From assembly GCA_965649225.1 (NCBI GenBank), contig CBFGJX010000031.1:1-12053 (forward strand): a stretch of DNA of 12,053 nucleotides, in the 5' to 3' direction. The notes under the pieces are model-generated. The model searched no databases and was not told the DNA's origin. It saw only the letters and a program-made list of their open reading frames with translations. The position numbers and the translations under genes are program-made. This DNA comes from a candidate division WOR-3 bacterium. GTDB taxonomy: Bacteria > Hydrothermota > Tepidihabitantia > Tepidihabitantales > Tepidihabitantaceae. The stretch's first letter is position 1; the number at the start of each line of letters is the position of its first letter. Of the stretch, positions 4,960 through 12,053 are shown piece after piece.

Positions 4960-7686
4960 CTAGCGAGTGACGATAACCCTGGACATTGTCGTCTGACGAT
5001 TGTCACCTGACGAATGGATGAAATAGACCCCCGGCGCGAGGCGGGAAATATCGTTCGGGCCGGGAGCAAGGTCCAGCACCTTGCGGCCGGTGGCGTCGAG
5101 CAGGGCGACGCCGGTTCGGTTACCGGCGGCGGGCAGGTTGAGGCTGCCCCGAACAATAGTCGGGCCGGCAGCAGCAAATCGGCCTTCAGTCTGCGGCAGT
5201 TCGGCAACACCCGGCACCGGATTCAGCTTGCCCCAGATGCGCTGAGCATTGTAGGTTCTGCCACCGATCATTCCGGTCCAGCCCTGGTATGCCAAAAAGA
5301 CCCGGCCCGGCCCGCCGGCCAACAGCGTGGGATTGTACTGGCCGCCCCTTTGTCTGACTACCGGTCCACTGTCAATGATAGCGCCAGCCGGACTCACCCG
5401 CGCACCGTAGATGTCGACTTGATCCTCGCCGTGCCGAGTGTCCTCCCAGACAACGAGAAACTCAGTACCGGTGAAGGCAACCGTCGGTGAATATTTGTGA
5501 TAAGCTGTTGTGCAAACGACAATGCCCTGCGGGTCGAGCACAGTTCCATTCCGACTCACTCGGGCAGCATAGATGTCGGTAATAGCGTTACCAGGATGCT
5601 CCTGCCAGACAACAAGGAAGTTGGTGCCGTCAAAGGCAAGGGCTGGTACTTCTTCGCTACCGGCGGCCGTTCTTATCGGAATGCCCTGAGGGTCAAGGAC
5701 GGTGCCGCCGGGCGTGACGCGCGCACCGTAGATGTCGTAGTAAGTGCCGCCGGTCCGGTAGTGCTGCCAGACCACAAAGTAGTTCGTCCCGTCGAAGACA
5801 ACCGCGGGGTCGTGCTGGTAGTTGACGGCGGTCATGATGGGAATGCCGCCGGGGTCAAGGACCTCGCCGTTCGGACTGACCCGGGCAGCGTAGATGTCGT
5901 CATACCCCGAGCGTCCATCGCCCCAGACAACAAGGTAGTTTGTGCCGTCAAAGGCGACCGCGCTTCCGTACTGACCGTGCGCCGCAGTGGAAATGGGAAT
6001 GCCCTGCGGGTCGAGCACCGCGCCGGCTGGACTCACCCGCGCACCGTAGATGTCGGCATAACCGGTATTGCTGCGAAAGTCAGTCCAAGTTACGAGGTAG
6101 TTCGTTCCATCGAAGGCAACCGCCGGACAGTCCTGCCAGTGCGGCGCAGTGGAAATGGGAATGCCCTGCGGGTCGAGCACGGTGCCGTCCGGGCCGACTC
6201 TGGCACCATAGATGTCATCACTGTCGTTGCGGGTGTCGGTCCAGACGACAAAGTAGTTCGAGCCGTCATATGCGCTCGCCGGCCACCAGTGTTCGTAAGT
6301 TCCGTACGAAAGGATGACACCCTGCGGGTCGAGCACGGTACCATTTCGGGTCACCCGCGCACCGTAGATGTCGCCATCCTCTTCGCTTCGGCGATGGTCT
6401 TCCCAGACGACAAAGAAGTTGTTGCCGTCGAAAGCGAGTGCTGGCCAGTTCTCGTCGTAACTGCCGGCAGATATCACGATAGCCTGCGTGTCAAGAACTG
6501 TACCGCTTGGAGTCACTCGTGCACCGTAGAGATCAGTGTAGTCGCCAAGATTGCCAGTCCAGACCACCAGGTAGTTGGAGCCGTCAAAGCTGACGCGTGG
6601 TGATTCCTGGTCGTCGGCGGCAGTTGAGATGGCGATGCCCTGCGGATCAAGCACCGTGCCGGCAGGACTCACCCGCGCACCGTAGATGTCCCAGTAGTCA
6701 TGGCGATAGTCCTGCCAGACTACCAACCAGTTGTTACCGTCAGCAAAGACGGCCGGACTCTCTTCGTAAGATGAGCCCACCGCGACGGGTATGCCATCAG
6801 GGTCCCGCACCACCCCGGCTGGGCTGACCCGGGCAGCGTAGATATCGGTTTGCCGACCCCCTGACCGCTCGTCCTGCCAGGCAACAAGGAAGTCTGTGCC
6901 GGTGAATGCAACAGCAGGACAAGACTGGCTGCGGGTTGCGGTTGATATGGGAATCCCCTGGGGGTCAAGCACATTGCCACCAGGCGTCACCCGGGCGCCG
7001 TAGATGTCGCCACTGGCGTTCCAGACCACGAAGTACAGCCCTTCGGCAAAAGCGACTGCCGGCCTATCTCCCCATGAATTCGTCCAGATCGGGATGCCAT
7101 CGGAGTCAAGAACGGTGCCGTCCCGGCTGACTCGTGCGCCGTAGATACTCCCATCTACCGGGTCATGGCGAAAGTCCGTCCAGACCACGAAGTAGTTGAC
7201 CCCATCGGACGCAACCCCGGACAGCCACTGGTGACCAGGTGCATCGCTGATGACGATCGGGAGTGTGTCAATGACGACGCCACTGGGGCTGACTCGCGTG
7301 CAGTGTATGTCGTAACACCCGTGATTGTCCGCATCCCACGCGACAAGGTAGTTGGTTCCGTCAAATGCCACAGCCGGGTAGTCCTCACTGCCCTGGGCGA
7401 CAACGACAGTCCGGTTGGTGTCCAGTAGAAACTCGCCGTCGTCGGTGAGCGGCTCTTTTGCTGCTGTGCGCCCGCTGACCCGGCCACGGTGACGATGCAG
7501 TCTCTCTACCCGGTCAGACGCAGGGACGGTGGTTTCGGCAAGCCCCCGATTGCGACGCACCGTCCGCACCACTTCCTGCGGACTAAACCGGGTCGGAGTG
7601 CGGGTCTGACTGCTGAGCAGGCTTCCCGGCCCGGCCAGCGCAATCAGGGCCAGCCCGAGAACTGCGATGATTGCTGCTGTTTTCAT
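4960..7686 (-). CDS. Secreted tandem-repeat protein (~52-aa FDGTNY/DIYGARV repeats, predicted double beta-propeller) with short-variant CTD
   Basis: 908 aa. Signal peptide MKTAAIIAVLGLALIALA; RBS GGGGAG. 13 clear repeats of PAVAFDGTNYLVVW.D.R....DIYGARV.P.G.VLDPQGIPIST plus one degenerate repeat. The CTD reads GVAE...PTIVRGSL.L...LLDATGRKVLDLAPGPNDISRLAPGVYF...RVIVTR. Confidence 0.92.
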   Translation of the reverse strand: MKTAAIIAVLGLALIALAGPGSLLSSQTRTPTRFSPQEVVRTVRRNRGLAETTVPASDRVERLHRHRGRVSGRTAAKEPLTDDGEFLLDTNRTVVVAQGSEDYPAVAFDGTNYLVAWDADNHGCYDIHCTRVSPSGVVIDTLPIVISDAPGHQWLSGVASDGVNYFVVWTDFRHDPVDGSIYGARVSRDGTVLDSDGIPIWTNSWGDRPAVAFAEGLYFVVWNASGDIYGARVTPGGNVLDPQGIPISTATRSQSCPAVAFTGTDFLVAWQDERSGGRQTDIYAARVSPAGVVRDPDGIPVAVGSSYEESPAVFADGNNWLVVWQDYRHDYWDIYGARVSPAGTVLDPQGIAISTAADDQESPRVSFDGSNYLVVWTGNLGDYTDLYGARVTPSGTVLDTQAIVISAGSYDENWPALAFDGNNFFVVWEDHRRSEEDGDIYGARVTRNGTVLDPQGVILSYGTYEHWWPASAYDGSNYFVVWTDTRNDSDDIYGARVGPDGTVLDPQGIPISTAPHWQDCPAVAFDGTNYLVTWTDFRSNTGYADIYGARVSPAGAVLDPQGIPISTAAHGQYGSAVAFDGTNYLVVWGDGRSGYDDIYAARVSPNGEVLDPGGIPIMTAVNYQHDPAVVFDGTNYFVVWQHYRTGGTYYDIYGARVTPGGTVLDPQGIPIRTAAGSEEVPALAFDGTNFLVVWQEHPGNAITDIYAARVSRNGTVLDPQGIVVCTTAYHKYSPTVAFTGTEFLVVWEDTRHGEDQVDIYGARVSPAGAIIDSGPVVRQRGGQYNPTLLAGGPGRVFLAYQGWTGMIGGRTYNAQRIWGKLNPVPGVAELPQTEGRFAAAGPTIVRGSLNLPAAGNRTGVALLDATGRKVLDLAPGPNDISRLAPGVYFIHSSGDNRQTTMSRVIVTR
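5008..5100. repeat. Copy 1 of a 93-bp dispersed direct repeat encoding the CTD core (copy 2 at 10105-10197)
   Basis: Manual alignment gives 85/93 identical, ungapped. 5051-5100 equals 10148-10197 exactly (50 bp). Confidence 0.9.
5983..6180. repeat. Intragenic 36-bp exact direct repeat (5983-6018 and 6145-6180)
   Basis: CGCAGTGGAAATGGGAATGCCCTGCGGGTCGAGCAC occurs twice, 162 bp (54 codons, one protein repeat) apart. A 26-bp exact repeat also occurs at 5390-5415, 6029-6054 and 6665-6690. Confidence 0.9.
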
Positions 7687-7695
7687 GCTTCTCCC

Positions 7696-10047
7696 CTATC
7701 TTTCTACGATGATTACCTTTCGGACTTTACCGGTTGGTGCCCCGGTTTCACATTCACACACGAAGTAAACTCCCGGCACCAGTGCCGAGACGTCGTTGCG
7801 ACCAGGCTGAAGCGGCATCACTCGGCGGCCGGTGGCGTCGAGCAGGGTTGCGGCCTGAGGCCTGCGGCCCGGGGCTTCCGCAAGAAACAGTACCCCGCGC
7901 ACGATGGCAGCTTCTCGACGCAGCGCCGGCAAGTCGTCGGGCGTGTCCTCGATGCCGCCGGCGTCGTCAATGACCGAGATGCTGGAGCCACTCGAGTTGA
8001 CGACATAGACCCGGTTACGGACCTGGTGCCAGACCAGCTCAACAGGCTCCAGCCCGACCGGAATCGTCGCCCGCACGGTGCGGGTCGCGCAGTCAATCAC
8101 ACTCACCGTGTTGGCATTGTAGTTCGCGCAGTACAGCCGGTTGCTCAGTGAATCATAAACCATTGACCGCGGGCCCGACCCGACCGTGACCGTCGCGACG
8201 ACCGAGTCGAGGGTCGGGTCGATTACAGACAAGGTTGGCGGATTGCCCTGGTAGTTGGCAACGTAGATTTCGCCCCCCGCCTCACAGAGCGCCTTCGGGT
8301 TCGTCCCGACTCTCACGGTCTTGATGAGGCTGTCGGTCGCACCGTCAATGATCGCTACTCCCCAGTAGCCGAGATAGGTACACAGCACGTAGACTTTGTT
8401 CAAGGAACGGCAGTAGAGCAACTCTGTAGGGTCGTCTATGACTGACACGCGACGCAGCAGGCTGTCGCTTGCCCCGCTGAGCACAGCGACGAAGTCATCG
8501 TCGTCGTGAGTGACATACACCTTGTTGTTGACCGAGTTGTAACATGTGCTCAGGGCTCCATCGCCGGCTCGGATGCGCTCGATGACTGTATCGCCCGAGC
8601 CGGATACGATGGCGGTGTAGCTGTAGTCGGTAACGTAGGCCTTGTTCAGTTCCGGATACCACGCGACTGCCCGTGTCTCTTGCCCCATCGGGAAGGTGGC
8701 AACCGTCTGGTTTGTGGCTCCGTCAATCACCGAGACGCTGTTGTCGAAGGCATTGACGCAGTAGATTCGGTTGTTGATGACGTTGCAGGCAACGTCCCAC
8801 GGGTAGTCGCCGGCCGCGGCGGTTGCCAGTAGCGAGTCGCCGTTCGCGTCAATCACCGCAATGTTGTCCCCGGAACCGTCTGTCACGTAAAGCCGTCCTG
8901 TAGCCGGGTTGAGGCACGCCGCGGTGAGCGTGCTGGCGGTTCGAACCGTCGCGATGACGCTGTCGCCGGCAGCGTCAATCACCGTAACCTGGTCGCTTCC
9001 GGCATCCGCTGTGTAGTAGCGGCCGCTGGTCTGGCTGAAGCAGACCGCCGCGGGCTCGTCTCCTACCGGCACCTGTGCCACAATCTGGTGGGTGACGCCA
9101 TCCACCACGACGACCCAGCCGGTATCTCGGCCGCAGGAATTGTAGACACGGTTCCGCGCTTCGTTGACCGCGAGGTCATAGCCCCAGCCTCCACCGGGCA
9201 GGTCGTGGCGTGCGACGACCGAATCACCCCGGGTGTCCACCACGGCAAGTTCAGTTCCGCCCGTGCAGTAGAGTATGGAATTCGTCGGGTTGCAGGCCAT
9301 CGCATTCACATTGTCCACGTCCTCAATCTGAGCCACGACCTGGTTCGTCGCGCCGTCTATCACCGCCACCTGGTCCTCCCACGAGCTGCTGACGTAGACC
9401 CGGTTCGCCACCGGGTCGCAGGCGATCGCCTTTGGGTAGCGGCCGATTGTTACTGTTGCCACAACCGAGTCGTTCGCACCGTTGATGACCGTAACATTGT
9501 TGTAATACTCATTTACGCAGTAGACCTTGTTGCTGGTCGGGTTGTAGCAGAGCGCGACCGGGTCTCTTCCGCACGGGATTGTATCCCGCACCTGATTCGT
9601 GACTCCGTCAATCACGACGACGGTGGAGTTTCCCAGGGCACAATAGACCTTGTTGTTCCGGCTGTTGTAACAGAGTCCGTAAGGGGAGTAGCCGACAGGA
9701 ATGGTCGCGAGCGGCTGGTTGGTGGCGGCGCTGATTATCGTGACGGTCCCGTCGAGTAAGCTGGCAGCATAGACTTTATCGTTGGTCGTGTTGTAGCAGA
9801 ATTCGTGGACGTCGCGGCCGACCGGTATTCTCGCCAACCGACGGTTGGTGGCACAGTCAATCACGAGGACATTGCCGCCCCCACCGCCGACATACAAGTA
9901 ATTGTGCGGCGCCAGGTAGACCAGCCGGTTGGGAGAGCCGGTGCCGACCATCGAATCCGGCACCCAGATGGTCTTCTCGAGGCGCTGGGCAACGACAACA
10001 GAACAGAGAATGCACAGCGATGCACACAGAATGGACACTGCCCTCAT
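7696..10047 (-). CDS. Secreted YVTN/YncE-family beta-propeller repeat protein with short-variant CTD
   Basis: 783 aa. Signal peptide MRAVSILCASLCILCSVVVA; RBS GAGGAG overlapping the upstream stop. 16 repeats of ~42 aa (IPVG..P.ALCYNP.NNKVY..N....VSVIDGAT..V.AT). The CTD reads GIED...AAIVRGVLFL...LLDATGRRVM.LQPGRNDVSALVPGVYFV...KVIIVER. Confidence 0.93.
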   Translation of the reverse strand: MRAVSILCASLCILCSVVVAQRLEKTIWVPDSMVGTGSPNRLVYLAPHNYLYVGGGGGNVLVIDCATNRRLARIPVGRDVHEFCYNTTNDKVYAASLLDGTVTIISAATNQPLATIPVGYSPYGLCYNSRNNKVYCALGNSTVVVIDGVTNQVRDTIPCGRDPVALCYNPTSNKVYCVNEYYNNVTVINGANDSVVATVTIGRYPKAIACDPVANRVYVSSSWEDQVAVIDGATNQVVAQIEDVDNVNAMACNPTNSILYCTGGTELAVVDTRGDSVVARHDLPGGGWGYDLAVNEARNRVYNSCGRDTGWVVVVDGVTHQIVAQVPVGDEPAAVCFSQTSGRYYTADAGSDQVTVIDAAGDSVIATVRTASTLTAACLNPATGRLYVTDGSGDNIAVIDANGDSLLATAAAGDYPWDVACNVINNRIYCVNAFDNSVSVIDGATNQTVATFPMGQETRAVAWYPELNKAYVTDYSYTAIVSGSGDTVIERIRAGDGALSTCYNSVNNKVYVTHDDDDFVAVLSGASDSLLRRVSVIDDPTELLYCRSLNKVYVLCTYLGYWGVAIIDGATDSLIKTVRVGTNPKALCEAGGEIYVANYQGNPPTLSVIDPTLDSVVATVTVGSGPRSMVYDSLSNRLYCANYNANTVSVIDCATRTVRATIPVGLEPVELVWHQVRNRVYVVNSSGSSISVIDDAGGIEDTPDDLPALRREAAIVRGVLFLAEAPGRRPQAATLLDATGRRVMPLQPGRNDVSALVPGVYFVCECETGAPTGKVRKVIIVER

Positions 10048-10056
10048 CAGATCTCC

Positions 10057-11268
10057 TCACTTGATCATGTTTACTCTGCACATTGAAGCACGACCATTGG
10101 CGCTTGACGAACGGATGAAATAGACTCCCGGTGCGAGACCGGAGACGTCGTTCGGGCCGGGAGCAAGGTCCAGCACCTTGCGGCCGGTGGCGTCGAGGAG
10201 TTGCTGTCGCGCGCCGTCAGCCATGGGCTGTGGGACGAGCAGAATGGCGCGGACGACGGACGAAAGCGGCAGCGCAGTCCTGATGTCCGGTGCAGTGCGG
10301 CCTTCCGTAACTGCGCCAGGCGTGTAGCTGAAGGTTCTCAGCCCGCCGTCCCCGTCCGCAAGGATGATGCTTGTGCCGTTCCGGCAGATGTCCCGGGACG
10401 AACCACCGGTCGGGCCATAGAACCCGACTTCGACGGGATTGCGCGGGTCGGCGATGTCGACGACGCGCAGGCCCTGGTCGTAGTCGGCGACATAAGCCAG
10501 CGTGCCTTCGACCCAGACCGCGTGGGCAGTACCGGGCGTGTCGAGGCGGCCGAGTTCAACCGGCGCGGTCGGTTCGGCGACGCTGACCACGCGCAGGCCG
10601 GCTCCGCCGTCGGCAAGGTATGCGATGGTGTCCCGGACAAACACGCCGTAGCAGAGATGGCGCGCGGTGATGTGTCCGACCTCCCGCGGGTTGCGCGGGT
10701 CGGCGATGTCGACGATGCGCAGGCCCTGGTCGTAGTCGGCCACATAGGCGCGGTTGCCGGCGACTGCCACACCACAGGCCGTGCCCGGCGTGTTGCACTG
10801 GCCGATGACGCCCGGCGCGGCCGGGTCAGATACGTCGACCACGATGAGGCCCTCGTGGTAGTCGGCAACACAGGCGCGCGCGCCGTGCAGGGCCACGTCA
10901 ACCGCGTAGCCCGGCGTCTGGACGTGGCTGGTTTCGCGCGGCGCGCCCGGCACCCTGATATCGATGATGCGCAGGCCGTTCCAGTAGTCGGCGACATAGG
11001 CATAGCCGTTGCCCACTGCCAGCCCGGATGCCGCACCCGGGGTGTCGCAGGAACCGACAATGACCGGACTGCGCGGGTCGCGCACATCCACCACCTGCAA
11101 GCCGGCATTGTCGTCTGCGACATACGCGTATTCGCCGGTTGCCACGACGGCGTAAGCATAACCCGGCGTGGGACACCGACCTGCCTGCCGGACGTTGAGC
11201 GAGTCGCCCGAGGCGAGGGCGGCAAGCGTTCCGAGGAGCAACGCGACAGGAACACAGCGTGTCGTCAC
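10057..11268 (-). CDS. Secreted LVIVD-repeat beta-propeller protein with short-variant CTD
   Basis: Start re-assigned from 11325 to the in-frame GTG at 11268: AAGGA lies 6 nt upstream and this start gives the signal peptide MTTRCVPVALLLGTLAALASG (403 aa). 7 repeats of TPG.A..V.V.G.YAYVADY..GLR.VD..DP..P..VG. The CTD reads SSVVRAILLV...LLDATGRKVLDLAPGPNDVSGLAPGVYF. Confidence 0.92.
   Translation of the reverse strand: MTTRCVPVALLLGTLAALASGDSLNVRQAGRCPTPGYAYAVVATGEYAYVADDNAGLQVVDVRDPRSPVIVGSCDTPGAASGLAVGNGYAYVADYWNGLRIIDIRVPGAPRETSHVQTPGYAVDVALHGARACVADYHEGLIVVDVSDPAAPGVIGQCNTPGTACGVAVAGNRAYVADYDQGLRIVDIADPRNPREVGHITARHLCYGVFVRDTIAYLADGGAGLRVVSVAEPTAPVELGRLDTPGTAHAVWVEGTLAYVADYDQGLRVVDIADPRNPVEVGFYGPTGGSSRDICRNGTSIILADGDGGLRTFSYTPGAVTEGRTAPDIRTALPLSSVVRAILLVPQPMADGARQQLLDATGRKVLDLAPGPNDVSGLAPGVYFIRSSSANGRASMCRVNMIK
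10105..10197. repeat. Copy 2 of the 93-bp CTD-coding direct repeat (copy 1 at 5008-5100)
   Basis: See copy 1; the 50-bp perfect core is 10148-10197. Confidence 0.9.
10439..10740. repeat. Intragenic 50-bp direct repeat (10439-10488 and 10691-10740)
   Basis: 49/50 identical, 252 bp (two LVIVD units) apart. Encodes ADYDQGLR(V/I)VDIADPRN. Confidence 0.9.
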
Positions 11269-11355
11269 GACACTTCCTTTCCGTTCTGATTGTCTTTCCA
11301 ACATGGACGATGCAGGATGGCGCATGCTTCGCTCCCGCGTGTCCCTACAGAAGTA

Positions 11356-11384
11356 ATTATACCGGCGCCGGCCCGCCTGGTCAA
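11356..11384 (-). promoter_or_regulatory. Near-consensus sigma70 promoter for the LVIVD-YVTN-FDGTNY three-gene operon
   Basis: Minus strand TTGACC (11384-11379), 17-nt spacer, TATAAT (11361-11356), in the 139-bp intergenic gap. The downstream genes are separated by only 9 bp each. Confidence 0.8.
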
Positions 11385-11407
11385 AGCCGCGCCGGGGCCG
11401 TGCCGTT

Positions 11408-12052
11408 CTAGCGCGCTATCAGCACCTTCGTCACGCTGGCAGTTTCTCCTCTGCCGTCCGAAACCGAACGGACGAAGTAGACGCCGGGGCTGAGGCTGGA
11501 AATGTCGCTGGCGCCGGAACTCAGCTCCGCCACCTTGCGCCCGGTGGCATCGAGCAGCCAGCCCGATGACGCCCCGGCAGCGGACAGAGGCTGAACACCA
11601 CGGCCGAGAATGGTCGCTGCCGGCACCGGTCTCTCCCCGAAACCTCCCTGCCACTCAAGTATCCCGGAAGCACTGCGATACCTGGCTGTTACCAGATCCA
11701 TGAAGGTGGTGTCACTCCACACACAACCGACCACACACGGGTCATTCGACGGCCCCACGGCAACGTCGAAGTAGGCGTCAAAGTCCGTGCTTCCACCGTA
11801 GGTCGCATGCCACAGTTCGTTGCCGAGCGGGCCGTACTTGACGATGAGGCAGTCCTTGTCCGAACTGCTGATGCCGGTTGAGCCGACAACATAACAGCAG
11901 CAGTCCTGGTCAACGGCAATGTCAAACGGCCTGTCGTCATAGGGCCCTCGGTAGTGTGCGGCCCAGCGCAGACTGCCGTCGCGGTCGAACTTGATGGTCA
12001 GCAGGTCGTTGCCGGTGCCGGTCCCGCGCGTCCAGCCGGCGACGTAGATGCT
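11408..12052 (-). CDS. Partial (5' end outside window) SBBP-repeat beta-propeller protein with short-variant CTD
   Basis: The frame is open from the window edge (the ORF track shows only the last 116 aa): SIYVAGWTRGTGTGNDLLTIKFDRDGSLRWAAHYRGPYDDRPFDIAVDQDCCCYVVGSTG...DCLIVKYGPLGNELWHATYGG. This fits the SBBP pattern IAVD..G..YV.G...D..T.KY...G...W...Y.G. The CTD reads LLDATGRKVAELSSGASDISSLSPGVYFV...KVLIAR. Confidence 0.88.
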   Translation of the reverse strand, partial: SIYVAGWTRGTGTGNDLLTIKFDRDGSLRWAAHYRGPYDDRPFDIAVDQDCCCYVVGSTGISSSDKDCLIVKYGPLGNELWHATYGGSTDFDAYFDVAVGPSNDPCVVGCVWSDTTFMDLVTARYRSASGILEWQGGFGERPVPAATILGRGVQPLSAAGASSGWLLDATGRKVAELSSGASDISSLSPGVYFVRSVSDGRGETASVTKVLIAR

Positions 12053-12053
12053 G

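Noticed and set aside
5390..6690. Regularly spaced 26-36-bp direct repeats as a CRISPR array
   Set aside because: They are in-frame coding repeats at spacings of 162 bp or more, inside an intact CDS, with homologous 'spacers' and no cas genes.
5008..10197. 93-bp repeat pair at gene 3' ends as a DGR template/variable repeat pair
   Set aside because: The 8 mismatches are not confined to adenines of one copy, both copies are coding and in frame, and no reverse transcriptase is in the window.
5014..11289. Plus-strand ORFs 5014-5490, 5497-6603, 9088-9759 and 10201-11289 that appear to have their own repeats
   Set aside because: Their periodicity is simply the reverse-complement image of the real minus-strand repeat proteins. 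They have no signal peptide or domain support.
11269..11325. ORF-track start at 11325 for the LVIVD gene
   Set aside because: It adds a polar 19-aa extension ahead of the signal peptide. The GTG at 11268 has a properly spaced AAGGA and gives a normal signal peptide.

Overview
GC-rich bacterial window with two parts. (1) 1-1350, minus strand: a compact three-gene cluster. It holds a 133-aa hypothetical protein that I judge to resemble the SIRV2-fold major capsid protein of archaeal rod/filamentous viruses, then an ECF sigma-70 factor, then an overlapping gene running off the window edge (missed by the ORF track) with a YwgA/DUF4065 (Panacea)-like motif. (2) 1790-12053: six consecutive predicted secreted beta-propeller proteins, each built from a different repeat family (HAF, Asp-box/BNR, a ~52-aa 'FDGTNY/DIYGARV' repeat, YVTN/YncE, LVIVD, SBBP). 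Each ends in a T9SS-type-A-like C-terminal domain (CTD). The two plus-strand genes carry the long canonical CTD; the four minus-strand genes carry a short variant (LLDATGRxV..L.PG.ND.S.L.PGVYF) that I associate with candidate phylum WOR-3 (inference). Several sigma70-type promoters, ribosome-binding sites and a hairpin between the convergent gene blocks are visible. Two otherwise unrelated genes share a nearly identical CTD-coding DNA segment. No rRNA, tRNA, CRISPR array, integrase or transposase was seen.
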